The translations under genes were made by a program, and so were the position numbers. Shown piece after piece: positions 1 through 12,949 of a DNA stretch of 64,000 nt (positions are counted from its first letter, which is position 1; every line of letters starts with the position of its first letter). The notes below the pieces were generated by a model. It was given only the letters and a program-made list of their open reading frames with translations, was not told where the DNA came from and searched no databases. The DNA comes from the human T2T-CHM13v2.0 reference genome, Homo sapiens. Where the stretch lies: NCBI RefSeq assembly GCF_009914755.1, contig NC_060946.1. One strand, given 5' to 3'.

Positions 1-3000
1 GATAGTAGCCAAGTGTCAGGAGCCCTCACTAACCCTGTGCCAGGGCCGGGCGGGGCGCCTGGCTCACACACGCATTTGTTCATTTCCAGGTCATCCTGAA
101 ACTCCCCATGTGCTTCCTGCTCTTGACCCCTTTCCCAGGTGCACAGACCAAGGCTCCCGGTGAGAGGTTCCGGGCCACAGGCCCAGGACAGCAGGAGGGC
201 TCCTCTGCCTCCCGCCCGTCCTGTCCTCACCAGCTGGACCCTCCTGGTGTTGCACCGGCTGCACAGGGCCGTCCGTGCCACAAAGCATGAATTCAAGGCT
301 GGGGCAGGGACGAGGAGAGGGCAATGCTACAAGGCTGCACTGTTCCTGGGCAGAGGGAGGGGGAGAGCACGGTCCCACACACCCTGGCCCTCACAGCCTG
401 CCTGTCACTCACAGCAACAGCAAACAAACCCTGGCCCCTCCACAGGCTGTGGGCCAGTTCCCAGCCTCCCAGGACAGCAGGACCTTCCCCCACCTTCCAG
501 GGCCCCAGCCCCTGTAGGGGTGTCCTCCATGGACCCTCCACAAGCCCTCTGGCTTTCAGAGACGTGCTGGGCCAGGCCCTCCCTCAGCCTCTCCCCTGCT
601 TCTCACTCCATGCAAACCTACGTTTCTGCCAGTCCCAGCAGAAGGACCCTGGCACGGGGAAACTGAGGCTCAGGGGTTCCACAGACCCCCAGGTGAGGAA
701 CAGGGGGAGGGCAGGGAGGGAGTGAAGGTACTATGGGAGGGTCTCCCAAGCTGGGCAGCATCCCTGCCCTGTCCCCTCTCCACTCACCTGTGGCCCGAGT
801 TGCCTGACTAGGGGCTTTTATTGTCCCTTCTGCACATGGATGGGGTGAGGGGCCAGCTGGCAGTGCAAAGGTCCCAGGAGGACTCTGCTGAGTGGGGGTG
901 TGGGGAGGTGTTGTGGGCATTCTGAGGCAGAAGCACCAGAGTCAGAACTCCACAGGGAAAGCCGGGCCAATTCCGCCCAGCCTCAGCCTGGAAGTGCCCC
1001 GATAATCCCTGACCACTGGCCCATGGTGCAGGTGAGGAAGACTGAGGCAGAGAGGCGACCTGTCACACCCAAGGTCACACCGCCAGCAGGTGGCTGAGCC
1101 AGGACCCAAATCCAGGTCACGGTTCTGCCACGGCAGGCCCTGCACGTGCCCCTCTGCCAGGTGGCGTCTAGGTGCTGATGGCCACCCATTCCCACCCCCG
1201 GCATGGGAGCTCACTTCCTCCTCACCTCAGTAGAGAAGAACAGGGAACAGTACCCCCTTTATAGATGGGAAGACTGAGGCTTAGAAAAAGAGACTGGCCA
1301 GCCCCACTGCTTCAGCTGCCCCTCTGCTAGTATGTTTCACCCTCACACAACCTACAAGGATAACCTGCTGGTCCCCACTCTATAGATGAGCCTCTGGTGG
1401 TGGCCAGGGGAGCAGGAGGTGTGGCCTGCCAATCCAAGCCCCAGCCCAGGGCCCTTGCCACAGTGCTAGTGGGCCACCCTTGCCCATCATGCAGCATGGC
1501 ATCCATCTGCTCAGCACCCTACACAACACCGGAGGTAGGGGAGCCCACCACAGAACCCCTCACCAAGAAGGTCCTCACCATGGAGAAACTGAGGCACTGG
1601 AGGCGGGGCCTCTGCAGTCACGCTGGGTCACGTGCTCCAGTCAGCCAAGCTGCAGCGGCCACCAAGGGTGCCCAGGGTCTGGCCTGTTGGTCACAGTGTT
1701 GACCTCATGGCCTGAAATGGGTCTTCCCTGCCCAGACAGGTTCCAGCCCACCATCATCTATCTGCCTCAGCCCTGGTGGGTAGGGAGTGGCTGGGAGACC
1801 CTGCCCCTCACACCCTGGGCTTTGCGGTATTCAACGAGCCCCCAACACACATTCCAGGGCCTCTGCTCCAGATTAGGCCACAGCCTGTCTAGGCACACAA
1901 GGGGCACCCACACCCTGGAGGCAAAGAGACATGCCTATGTGCCCGCAGGCACACATGATCACGCGCACAGACACACGTGCAGATGCATACCAAGTTACAC
2001 ACACGCACACAAGCCCGAGGCGGGGACCCCCAGGACACGGAGGCAGGCAGGCAGAGGTGGGGCCCAGGATGTCTTGCCCCTGTCTGTGGGCCTGGCCTCC
2101 CCACTCAACAGACGAGCATGTGGGTGCGGGAGTGGTTATTGCGAAAGGGGCCCCAGCATGTGCCACCCGTGGAGACCACAGCAGGCATGCCGCGTGCATG
2201 CATGTGTGGCCGTGGGTGTGCAGGCGGGGGCGAGGACACAGATATGCACCCTCAGAGTCCGTGTGTGCACCCAGTGTTTGTGCATGTGCACACTGGGGCG
2301 GCGTTGGCTTGCATGTGCACCAGAGGTGTGCAAGTGTGCAGTCCGTGTAGACAAGTGCACGTGCAAGGAAACGTGTGTGCAGCCTGCGGCACCATGGACA
2401 TCAGCAGGGCAGCCTGGGTGGGCACCTGGGGAGCACCCTCCAGGCGGGGCATGCCCAACTCACATGGAGCCCACCCTCCCTTGCCCGCACCGCGGGACCT
2501 CACAGCCGGTGGGGCGGGGGAGTCCCACGAGGGCTGCTAGGGAGGGGTTGCTGATTGCCCCACCGCCCCTGATTCCCCCAGCCAAGCCTCTCAATGTCCC
2601 TCGGGCTGCAGATGGCGGGCGTTGCTGCCTCCTCTCACCGCCCGCCCTGGAGGCAGCGCTGGGACAACCCTGTCCCCCACGCCCTCTACTGCCGCCAACG
2701 CCCCCATTCATCCCACTGTGGACTGACCTCGGAGAAACGGGAGGTTCTGAGCCCAGACCGTGAGGCTGGGGTGGAGGCGGCCCGACACCCCCACCCACCC
2801 TCGGTACCCACGTTTCTGCAAAAACCCGCTCGTTAACCCCTTGGTGGCCGGGGCGCTCCGAGGCCGGGCCCCGCCCTTCCAGCCCACGGCCCCCGCCCTC
2901 GACTTGGCCCAGCATCGGGGACCCTCGGACCGCCACCCTCGGCCCTGCCGAAGCCGTCAACTTTCCCGGGAAGCGGCAACTTTTCCTGCCGCCTCCGGCT

Positions 3001-3189
3001 CCGCCCTCCCGGGGCCGGGGCGCCAGCGGCCCCAGCCTGGCGCGGCACTGCGGTGGCTTTCCCTGCCGCCCGGCTACGCTTCCCTCGCCTCGGCAGCCCG
3101 GGACGGGCCCTGCGGCTCCGGGGAGGGGGCGAGCCGCCCCCCTCCGCGCCCCGCCGCCGGCCGGGCTCGGGTGCAGCGCGGACACTCAC
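1..3189 (-). other. RTN4R: RTN4R intron 1 (5' part)
   Basis: It follows the GT donor at 3189 and contains MIR fragments. No LRR-coding exon is visible. Confidence 0.9.
1020..1130 (+). mobile_element. MIR SINE fragment; further MIR cores near 655, 1260, 1580, 5110, 8780 and 14930
   Basis: MIR core-like motif caggtgaggaagactgaggcagagagg...cccaaggtcacac. Confidence 0.6.
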
Positions 3190-3900
3190 CTCCAGCGGAC
3201 GCCCTCTTCATCGTAGGGGTTGGGCGGGGCGCGTCGGGGACTGAAAGTCGTTTCGGGGCGGGCGCCCGTCTCCCCGCGGCCGGGTCCGCATCCAGGCGCC
3301 GCCGCTACGGCCCGGCCCCGGCCCGGCCGCGGGACGAGGCTCGGCGCGCTCCGCTCCGCCCGGCTCTGGCTGGGCTCGGGCCGCGGGTGCGCAGGGCGCG
3401 CAGGGCGCACAGGGCGAGGGCGGCGGCGGCGCGGACTGGCGGGGCGCTCGCAGCGCGGGCCGCCGGGAGGATGAATGTTTTATGGGATCAGGTGGTTTGA
3501 CGCGCGAGGAATCCGCCCGGTTCCCCCGCCGGCCGGGGCGGGGCGGGGGCGGGCCGGGGCGGGGCCTCGCGGCGGGCGGAGCGCTCACCTGGGCGCGGGC
3601 GCGGGCGCGGGCCCGGGCGGGGGCTGGGGGGCGCGGGCCGGGGTTGGGGCGTGGGCGGCGCGGCGGGCCGGGGCGCGCAGGCCGGGCCGCAGGAGGCGCT
3701 CAGCCCGCCCGGTGCACCGGCGCCGCGCGGTCCCAGACAAAGGCGGCGCATTCCTGAAGAGGCGGCGGCCCCTGCAGGCGGCGGAGGGGATGGCGGCCCG
3801 GGCCGGAGCCGGCCGGGGACGCGGGCCCGAGGGTGTGGCGGCCTAGGCTGGCCCGGTCCCCAAGCGGGCAAGGGCTTTGTCCCGAGGCCTAGGAATGGCC
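2750..3900 (-). promoter_or_regulatory. RTN4R: CpG island with RTN4R promoter and 5'UTR
   Basis: Very high CpG density, a TATA-like CATAAAA on the minus strand at 3478-3484, clustered GC boxes at 3531-3566, and EGR-type sites GCGGGGGCG (3543-3551) and GCGTGGGCG (3649-3657). Confidence 0.85.
3190..3211 (-). CDS. RTN4R: RTN4R (Nogo-66 receptor, NgR1) first coding exon, MKRASAG(G); the rest of the gene lies beyond the left edge of the window
   Basis: The minus strand reads acgATGAAGAGGGCGTCCGCTGGAG|gtgagt. This matches the known NgR1 N-terminus MKRASAGG, has a canonical phase-1 donor and lies in a CpG island. Confidence 0.95.
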
Positions 3901-6900
3901 TCTGCCTGACCCACTCCCTTCCTGGCCTCACGAAACCCATGAATCCCCCGCCCCCTGCACAGAAGCCCCTTGCTGCAGCACGATCGCCCCCATTTTTCAG
4001 TAAGAAACAGGCTCAGGGCTTAAGAGAGTTCTGGGGGCCCTCCTGGGCCTTTGTGGCCCTCTCTGCACCATCCTAGAGAAGGGACCTAGGCCTGATGTTA
4101 CCCGTAACCCTGCAGGGGTCCCCCACCTCTTCCCTTCTGCGGAATGGGGGCTCCAAACCCAGAAGACGCTCTCCGAGGTCACCTGCTTAGTATCCCCCCA
4201 CTCTACCAAGCCAGCCCCCCACGGGCGGTGTGAGGCATGGGGCCAGAGAATCCAGTGACGCCCCTGCACACACCACACAGGGGTGCAGGTGTCCCTTCTC
4301 AATCTTCTGCTCGGGGCACCTACCGGGCCTCACCGATGAGCTCCTAAGTGCATCCCGGGGTCTTCAGACAACTGCCAGGCTGCCCCTGCACCTGGAGAAG
4401 TGCTGGGAGTCAGCTCAGCCGGGCTGGGTCCTCCCCAGGCCCACCCTGCATGAGAGGACCATGCAGATGAGGGTCTTGCAGGCCCACCTGGTGTCAGTCT
4501 GTAGGACCCTGACTCAAGGACGGAGTGGGCCAGCCTGATGCCTTGATGGCCCCCCTCAGAGCCCAGGTCCACTGATATGAAGCAGAGAGACCTGGTGACT
4601 GGGCACCCCTGTGCCCTCTGCCTGCCCCTGGCCATGGAGGTGGCCCTGAGGGAGATGAGCAGGGCGCAGGGCCGGTGACCTGCCTGCCTTGTGCAGAGGA
4701 AGTGAGGACCTCCCAGAGCCCTGGTGCTCCCATCTGATCCCAGTGGCAGGCAGCTTCGCAGGGTGGAGCCATGCTGGGTGGGCCCTCTGCCTGGTGTGGA
4801 GGCTGCACTGCCCACATGCCTCTGGCTGCCGCTCTGTGGCCCTCATCACTTTGGCCTGCTTTATCCCTATCACCCTTGTCCCAGCCTAGGCTTATGAGGG
4901 CATTGTGGAGTGCATGCCATTCCCAGCCACACAGAAGGTGAGGTGGGGCCCAGACACCCCCAGCCACTCTGTCCCCTGGCCTCCTGAAGGGGTGGGCTGT
5001 GCACACACTGCCACCTCCCCAGAGGGTGCTGGCTGCCGAGTGCCACCAGCTCAGCCCCTGAGGTGGCTCAACAGGTCCTCCCAGAGCCACACCAAGACGT
5101 CATCACCCATTGCACAGATAGGGAACCTCAGGCGAAGCTCACAGAGCCAGTGGGAGGCTGAGGCCTGACCCCCAGACAAGCATTCTTCTCCAGGGTCCCT
5201 GCACACAGCAGCCCCCAGGCTAGGAACTGAGCTCTCTCCACAGGGATGTATCAGACCCTAGATGAGTCACGTGGCACTGACCATCAGTCTGAGGACAGCG
5301 CTGGGGTGGACCAGGCTCCAGTCTCGGGCTGCTCTGTGCTTGCAGAAAGGCCTTGAGAGGACACTTGCTTGCTTACTCCGCAGGCGTCTCTTCAATTACC
5401 AGTGACCCAGAGCAGCCCACTATAGCTGAAGATTGTGACCCCACACCCTATCTCATAGGTTTAAAGCCCCTCCCACCCCTCCTGCCGCAGCCGAAGTGAC
5501 CATTCTGGGGCATGGGATGGGCATGGGGTGAAATGGGGAGCAGGGGTGGCCCTGGAGGCTTCTGGCACCAGCACCCTCTCCAGCCACCAACCTGGCTGTT
5601 CCCGGTTGCTCTGCGCTGGGACCTGGGCCTCCACCTCCCCACAGGTCTCTGCATGGGAGCAGGGCTGAGGCCTGCAGAGGGAGCGCTGGGGGATGGGCTG
5701 GTTTCCTGTGTCCGCCACCTCGGTCAGCACGTTGGCCAGCACCCTCCCCACTGGAAGCTGGGCCCACTCCTGGGTGCTAGCTGGGATGGTTAGGCGTCGG
5801 CCAGCGCTGATAGGGAGTTATGGGGGTGCAGAGGCAGAGTTGAGCAGGGCTAGGCAGCCGGTGGGTCTGCTACCAGCAAGGCACAGCCCACTTCTCAGGC
5901 TGCGCATGTGGGAGGGTTTGGTAAGCCACATTTTTCAGGGTGTAGCCGGGTGAGGGGTAGCATGGGGAGTGGTGTACTCTTTGGGCAGGCGACCACGGAG
6001 CCATCACCCCCCAGGGCCCAACGGGCAAGAAGGGGAGCAGCTGACGGCTGGTGAGGGGCTAGCAGGGAGGGCTTGACAAGGGCTGGAGCCCCTGGTCAAG
6101 GGGCACAACCAGTTCTATCGGGTCACCTTGTGGGAGGAGCCAGGGACCCTGTGGGCAGAGCCTGGCCGTCTGCTGCCCGGAGTCTACACCAGTCAGTTCC
6201 TAGGAAGCCCCAGCAGGGGTGCTGGGAGGACAGGCCATCTGTGCCCAGCTGATGCAAGCTCCCAGGCTTTCTGGACACGTGGCCCTGGGGATCAGGAGTG
6301 AGCTGGAGACTGCAGACAGCTGTGCCCTCAGGGCCACACAGACCTGTCACACCCTGCCTGGACTGGGTCAGCAGGGCCACACGGGCATCTGCCCGAATCG
6401 TTCCCCACCTCACACCCACCATGTAGGGCACATCCTTTGCCAGCTTCCCCAGCCCACCACCCCCCTCCAGTGAGGCCAGGGGCTGCCTCACCTCCCACCC
6501 CCACCCCCAACCTGGGGCTCGGCCTCCACGACCAGCATGCCGGTCATGAGGGCCCTGCCCAGCTGTGTGACCTCAGCCCAGTCCCTTGGCCTCGCTGAGC
6601 TTGCACAGCATGTGGACGAGGCAGACGCTAATGCCTCAGGTCCTGGTCAGCTGGTCACCATCCCTCCTTTGTTCACCTCGCCTGTCCCCTGAGAGGATCA
6701 TGCAGGGTTTTCACTCAAAACTCCAGGACTGCCCATAGAAGCCAGCTTGAGATGAGGGGAACTTTCGCGGTGGCCTGTCTTGGGCTGACAGGGACACGGT
6801 TCAGCCTCCTTGGAAGGTCACTGCTTCCCAGGGCTTGGGAAGACTCATCTCCTGCCTGGAGAGATAGGCGTGCCATGGCTTTCCTTGGCATGCCTGTGCG

Positions 6901-9900
6901 GTACTCACGGACATCCAGGCCCTCAGTGTCTCCTGGGGAGGGATGGGGCAGCAAGGAAACTGGGTCTTTGCTCCACACATTCTGGGCCACTCCAGGCCAA
7001 TGCAAGGAGAGACCAAGAAGGAAGCTAGAAGGTCATGTGGCAAGCACATGCCTGCTGCCCAAGTGTGTCAATGTGACTGACCTTCCCTGCACTCTGAGTG
7101 GGCGGCTGGGGATGTGGTCCCAGTGCCAGGGAGCTGGGGGGTGTTGGCCTGCCATCTGCTCTCACCATGGAGGGCGGCTGCATGCCCAAGGCCTAAGAGG
7201 ACTCTGTGCCAGGCCTGCTGAGTGAGTCATCCCATTCAATCCTACAGTGTAGACACTACTACCACTACCCATTTTCCAGACCAGAGAAGGAGGTCTGGGG
7301 AGCTTAGGTGGACCCACATCTTGGCAGCCCCTTTCTGCCCTCTCTTTGTCCACAGCCTCCGCCTCCTCCAGAAGCCTCTCACCATCCCCCATCCCCGGGG
7401 CTGCAGAGGGTGTCCTGGCCTTCCCCTATCAGCTCTGCACCCCTGAGGACTCCCATCCCTAGGAGTCCCTCTGCCCAACTTTGGTGCATGTTAAGCCATA
7501 ATTAATCTGCTTCCTCATCTCTTATTCATCAAAGCCACAGCAGCAGCAAAGGGGGCTGGCACAAGGAAGGGACCGACAACCAAACCCTGGCAGTGGCCCC
7601 AAGAATCCCACTGGGCCTGCCCATCTCCAAATGCCTCTGACCCTTCACTAGCGAGGGCCTCCTCCCACAGAATGGCATCCTGGATTGTGCCACACTAGGC
7701 AGGCCCCCTGACGGACCATGCGCACCTCCCACCACCTGGAGGCTGCTGGGGACCGTCAATGGGACGTATGCATTGCACAGTGATGGCCCTTACCTCTGCG
7801 TCCCCCAGCCCTGGACTGGATCCCTTGTGGCCCATCTCCAGGATGGGAGCCTGAACGGAGATGAAAGGACACTCGGCCAAGTGGGACATGCCAGGCTGGC
7901 ACCTGGACCCCTGGTCCGCCACTCTTCCTGGTGCCTAGAGGAAGGGGTGAGTCCCCAGGGCTCCTGGACCTTGAGATGAGCCTCGGGCCACTTGTGTTTG
8001 CCAGCAGATGGGCTCAGGGTCTTCTCTCAGTGGGCACAACCGAGTTGGTGGCCTCTCTCTGGGGAGGCCGGCTGGTGGGGGCTGGGGAGTAGGCGGCTTC
8101 TGGTCCCTGAAGGCCCAAATCTGGTGCAGGGGCAGAGCTCCGGAAGGCGGGGGTCCCTGGGCTGTGCCCAAGGCATCCGCTGTGGCTTCACGCCCCTCCC
8201 CCGCCCCTGCAGGGAGTGTGGATCCTTCTAGAGCCACCCACCTGGCAGTGACAGCTAAATTGGGAGCCGCTGTTCACACCAGGAGCCCAGCGGGCAGTCA
8301 AAACCGGGTCGGGGGGGAGGGGCACCCGCTGAAAACACCCACAAGCTCCCAGTGGGGCAGGGAAGGCATGGTGATAGCTGTCAGCAGGAGTGGGTGGGGA
8401 GTGGAAGGCAGGGTAGACCGCCAAACCCATCTTGGGGCCATAGTGAGATGGCCCCTGGGATGCTTCGGCTGGCCAGTGCCCAGCCTTGCTCTTGTAGGAG
8501 CTCCCTGGGCCCCTGGGTTCCCACTCTGGGCCACCACAATCCATGCAGCATGCAGGTTTGTTCCGTTTCCCAGATGGAGAGGCTGAGGGCTTACCACAGG
8601 TTTCCGTCAAGGACGCAAAAGGGCCAGCCTGACTCTGAGCTCAGTAGCCCCACCCTCCACAGCCTCCCTTGCCGCCTTCATCTGCTCACTTCCTCAGTCA
8701 CTCAACAAACACTCTGGGAGGCAGACTGTAACACCCTGCATACCTCTGCTGGACCCCCATTCCACATATCCCCACTGGTTACAGGTGGGGAAACTGAGTG
8801 CCTGGGAGGCGGGCCTTGGCCTGAGTCCCCCAGTCAGTGATTCCAGGATAAAGGGCATAGCCATGCCGTTTGGTCACTTGAAGCCCACAGGGGTGACTGG
8901 GAAGAGCCCACCTAGCACCCCACATTCTGCTAGGGTGACTCAGACCAAGTCCTTGGGGCTCTGCCCCCCAGCCAGTGGCTCTGCCTCTGAGAGCCATGGG
9001 ACAGGGAGCTGTGCAGGGTGGGGCCAGCAGAGCCTGTGCCCCTGCCTGAGCTAGTCGTGATGGGGCCTGCCCTGACCCCTTCCCAGGCTCATGGGTGCGG
9101 AGCAGGGCGGGGCCTTACAGTGAGATGGGGGCCTCTGTGGGCAGTCCTGGAGGCCAGGCCCTGGGGCTGGGACTCACTGGCACAGGGCCTAAGTTTCCTC
9201 CTGTGTCCGCAGGCCTTATTGCCTGCAAGGGAGGTGGAGGGGCACAGGGGCGGTGCCCAGCGTGAGGAGGGGGCTCTGAGGAGGCTGCAGCAGCCGGCAG
9301 GCCTCTGAGACTGGGATATTTTTAGCCAGGATTCCTGCTGACGGTCCAGGCTGGCCGGGGTTTGCTGCCAGCCTTAGAGGCGCTTCTCCTAGTCTGTGTC
9401 CGGACATCTGGGGTCTGCTGGCCCCACCCACCCTCTGCTCAATGCCCCCGCCCCACTGGCCCATCCAGCCAGGCGAGGGGCTCCCAGGAGGCTGGCCATG
9501 GTGGGAGCAGAGCCTGGGGCCCTCGGGGTGTGGCTGAGAAGAGGCCACATGGGCTGCTGGGGGCTGCCTGTGTCCTGGGTCTCCAGCTCCCAGCTGCCAC
9601 TCTTAGCCGGCCCGCTTAAGGGGCAGGTTTCTGGAGGCTCCGGTTCATGCCCAGGCTCGAGTTCTGAACTGAGCATTCTCAGTCCGCTGCCTGCTGCCTG
9701 CTGGAACGGATGGCTCAGCAGAGCGGCCACAGCTTGGCTCCCTCCTGGGCACTCCTGCCTGCCCTTGCCGCTTAGGTGCTCTGGTCATCAGGCCTCTCTG
9801 GCTGGCTCTACCAAGGTGCATGTGTGCAGGGCCTGGGCTTGCAGGGCCTTGTGGCTCAGCCAGGACCACCTCCCTTCCCATGGGCAAGTGAGGACATCCA

Positions 9901-10229
9901 GAAAGAGGGTCCTCTGCCTCGGCCACTCCCTTGGGACACCCCTCCACCCCAAGGCCTCTCGTGGAAACAGAGTCCAGCACTCAGCGTCATGCCTATGCAC
10001 TCCACCGGCAGGACTGGCTGAGTCCCGAGGAGCCAGGCCCTGGGGCACAGGCCAATCGGATGGAACCCAGATGAAAGCCCAGTGCTGGGACCCACGGCCC
10101 ATTCTCTGGCCTGGCTGAAGCCTGATGGCTTGTTCCTTGAATGAATCAGGAGGCCCATCCAGAGCAATTGTGAAGTTCACATGAAAGAATGAACGTACGG
10201 AGAGAGATGGGCCATGTCGCATCCTGAAA

Positions 10230-10860
10230 CGCCTTATATTCTAAGACCATGATAATTAACACAGACCCTGGACAGTCACACGATGGGAAAGAGTCCAGAA
10301 AGAGGCTCAAATGCAAATATGAGAAGAGGCAGGTCAAATCCAAGAGGAGAGATGGAATATTCAACAAATAATCCCACATATACAATCAACACTTGGCCTT
10401 AAGACAACGGAATTGACATATGGAGGAAACATTTGGATTCCTACCTCACTCCTTGACGCTAAAACAAGTTCCAAGTGGAACTAAGATTTAAAAAGTAAAA
10501 ATGAAACCATAAAACTCCTAGAAGAAAGCATGGATGGCAAAAAACCAATCTTGAGTCACTCTAAGAATTATACAAAACCCAGAAGCCATGAAGTAAAAGA
10601 TGGGTATATTCAACCTCGTGAAAATAAAAGGCAGATGCACGGAGAGAAAAAAACCACCATAAAATGATAACCAACAAAGGGTAAAAACATCGGCAACTCA
10701 GTTCACAAAGGGCCGTTTTTGGTTCTCAATACAAATCAGTAAGAAAAAGAGCAACAGCCCAAGAGAAAAATGGGCAAAGGCATGAAAGGAACCTCCCATC
10801 ACCCCCTGCTGACCTTCACTCAGAGTGAGAAACATGCGGATCTAAGCTGCAGTGAGATGC
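10230..10860 (+). mobile_element. Old L1 (L1M) ORF2 3' fragment
   Basis: A-rich stretch with L1-typical motifs (aaatgaaaccataaaactcctagaagaaa; aaaaatgggcaaaggcatgaa). Confidence 0.7.
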
Positions 10861-11129
10861 TGCCCCTCACCCACAGGGATGGCAGCCGCATCAGGCTGGG
10901 GGTTCCCTAGGGGGGCTGCTTAGGGGCTCCCACAGGTCTGGCTGTTGGAGGGCAGGGAGAGGCCTGCGGGTCTGGTGGGGCCGGGGTGAGGCACTCACAG
11001 ATATGTCTAGTGGGGGTGAGGAGGGGGACCGCCTGCAGGTACAGCTGGGGGTGTCAGGTCGCTGGGGATGGGGTGGAAGGAGAGGATACCCATTCAAAAC
11101 AGGAAATATATATATTTTAAAGTAAAACA

Positions 11130-11448
11130 GGCTAAGTGCAGTGACTCACACCTGTGATCCCAGCAGAGCGGGGAGAATCCCTTGAGGCTAGAAGTTCGGG
11201 ACTAGCCTGGGGAACATAGTGAGTCCCAGTCTCTATAAAAATTAAAAAATAAAATTATCTGGCTGTTACGATGCACGCCTGTAGTCTCCGCTAATTGGGA
11301 GCTGAGGCGGGAGGATCACGTTAGCCCAGGAGTTCGAGGCTGCAGTGAGCCATGATTGTGCCACTGCACTTCAGCCTGGGCAACAGAGCAAGACCCTCTA
11401 GAAAAATAATTAAAAAAAAATAAAAATAAATATAAAATAAAATAAAAA
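11130..11448 (+). mobile_element. Alu (AluJ-like, diverged)
   Basis: Dimeric Alu consensus with an A-rich tail. Confidence 0.9.
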
Positions 11449-12299
11449 CCAGCTGACATCCATCCTCTCCTTGCCACCACTGACATGGCCGTGGGCCGAG
11501 TTCTCATGGCCATCCCACCGCGAGTCCCCAAGCGCTCCTGATGCCTGCTCACCCTTCTTGTCTTTGTTAGCGCCCCGTTAGCAGAGGCCTGCTTAACTTG
11601 TCTCTGGTCTTGCTTCTCAGGAGCCGTGTCACATTCAACAGTGGCAGCACAGAGGCCCTGCTCAGCCCCAGTCCCTCACCCTAGGCCTCCACTGCCAGAT
11701 GTGGTCCTGGTGGTCCTGCGGACTCAAGCTGTCCCCCCCTGCCCAACCTTCACAGGCCACCAGCAAGTCCCAGGCCTCCCACAGGCATGGCTCTGGGCAG
11801 TATCTTTACCTTCCCAGCCTCAGTTTCCCTGATGGTGAAACAGGGTGAGATCTACTTCCTAGCAGAGAATCCGGGGGAATGGAGGCCATGGGAGGAAGAG
11901 GACTTGAGGAAAGGAGCATTCCTGAGGGGTCCCAGAGCGGGCTGGGGCTGACAGGACTGAGTTTGCAGGGCCTGGGGACATTCCCTGGGGAGGTGCTAAG
12001 ATGCCGGTCAGCTAGAGCAGCGGGGAGTGATCCAGGATGGCTGCCCGGATGAGGGGCTGGGTCGCTGGTCCCTGAGTGCCAAGGTGGGCTGTCCATGTCT
12101 GCAGGAACACACCCACCCTGCTGCCTCCAGGAGGGGTGCTGGACAGGCCTGAGCTCCAGGATCATAGGAGGCAAGAGCCACTCTCACCAAAGAACAGCAA
12201 GTGTGCCTCCCCTGCCAGCAATCTGTCCGGTCCAGCCCCTGCCCAGCTATCTGGGGAAAAGGCCACCTTTTCAGTGGAGGCTGAGCTCAGGGCAGGAAG

Positions 12300-12525
12300 A
12301 GGTTGAGAGGGGAGAAATGGAGTGAGAACTGGAAGGTGAGAGGTGTGGGTGAGAGGTGTGAGTGAGAGGTAGGGGTGTGAATTGGGGGTGAGATGTGGTA
12401 GGTGAGAGCGGCAGGTGAGAGGTAGGGATGAGAGGTGGGGGTGAGAAGTGGAGGTGGGCAGTCATGGTGATAGCTTGTGGGGTGAGAAGTGGAGGGTGAG
12501 AATTGGGGTGGGAGTTGGGGTGTCA
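12300..12525 (+). repeat. Degenerate G/A-rich tandem repeat (~14-nt unit, gtgagaggtg...)
   Basis: Repeated gtgagaggt / gtgagaagt motifs. Confidence 0.7.
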
Positions 12526-12949
12526 CCTCCCAAACCCTCTCACCCTCAGATTAAGAAGCCCCTCCTATGGGCCCTGGAGGAACAGGCCTTTGACCCACCC
12601 CAACCCCACTGGTGTCTTGGGCAGGGAGATCTCGAGGTGGGGGCCTCAGCTCCCCGTAGGACCGTCTAGCCCTGGACCACCTGACCACAGCTACAGTGGG
12701 ACAAGGCCCCTGTTGCCTGTCTGCTGGGGGCCGAGCATGGTATGGAGGAGCCAGCAGCCCCCGCCTTCATCACAGAGGAGGAATCCGAGGCCCAGGAGGG
12801 TGTCTCTGGCACCCAACACGTGAGACCCTTTGAAAATCCCCCGAGTGTGTGGGGGGCTGGGATGAACATCTGGGGGCGGCAGCAGCAGGTGGCCCACCTG
12901 GCCAAACACACTCCTGTGTCCCCTTGTTTTTGGCAATTTCAATGACCAA

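Noticed and set aside
1480-2763. 427-aa plus-strand ORF antisense to RTN4R intron 1
   Set aside because: It has no recognisable domain and runs through MIR and CA/TG low-complexity DNA. Long ORFs are expected by chance at this GC content.
5284-5302. REST half-site GGACAGCGC
   Set aside because: The left half-site is poor and the spacing is non-canonical.
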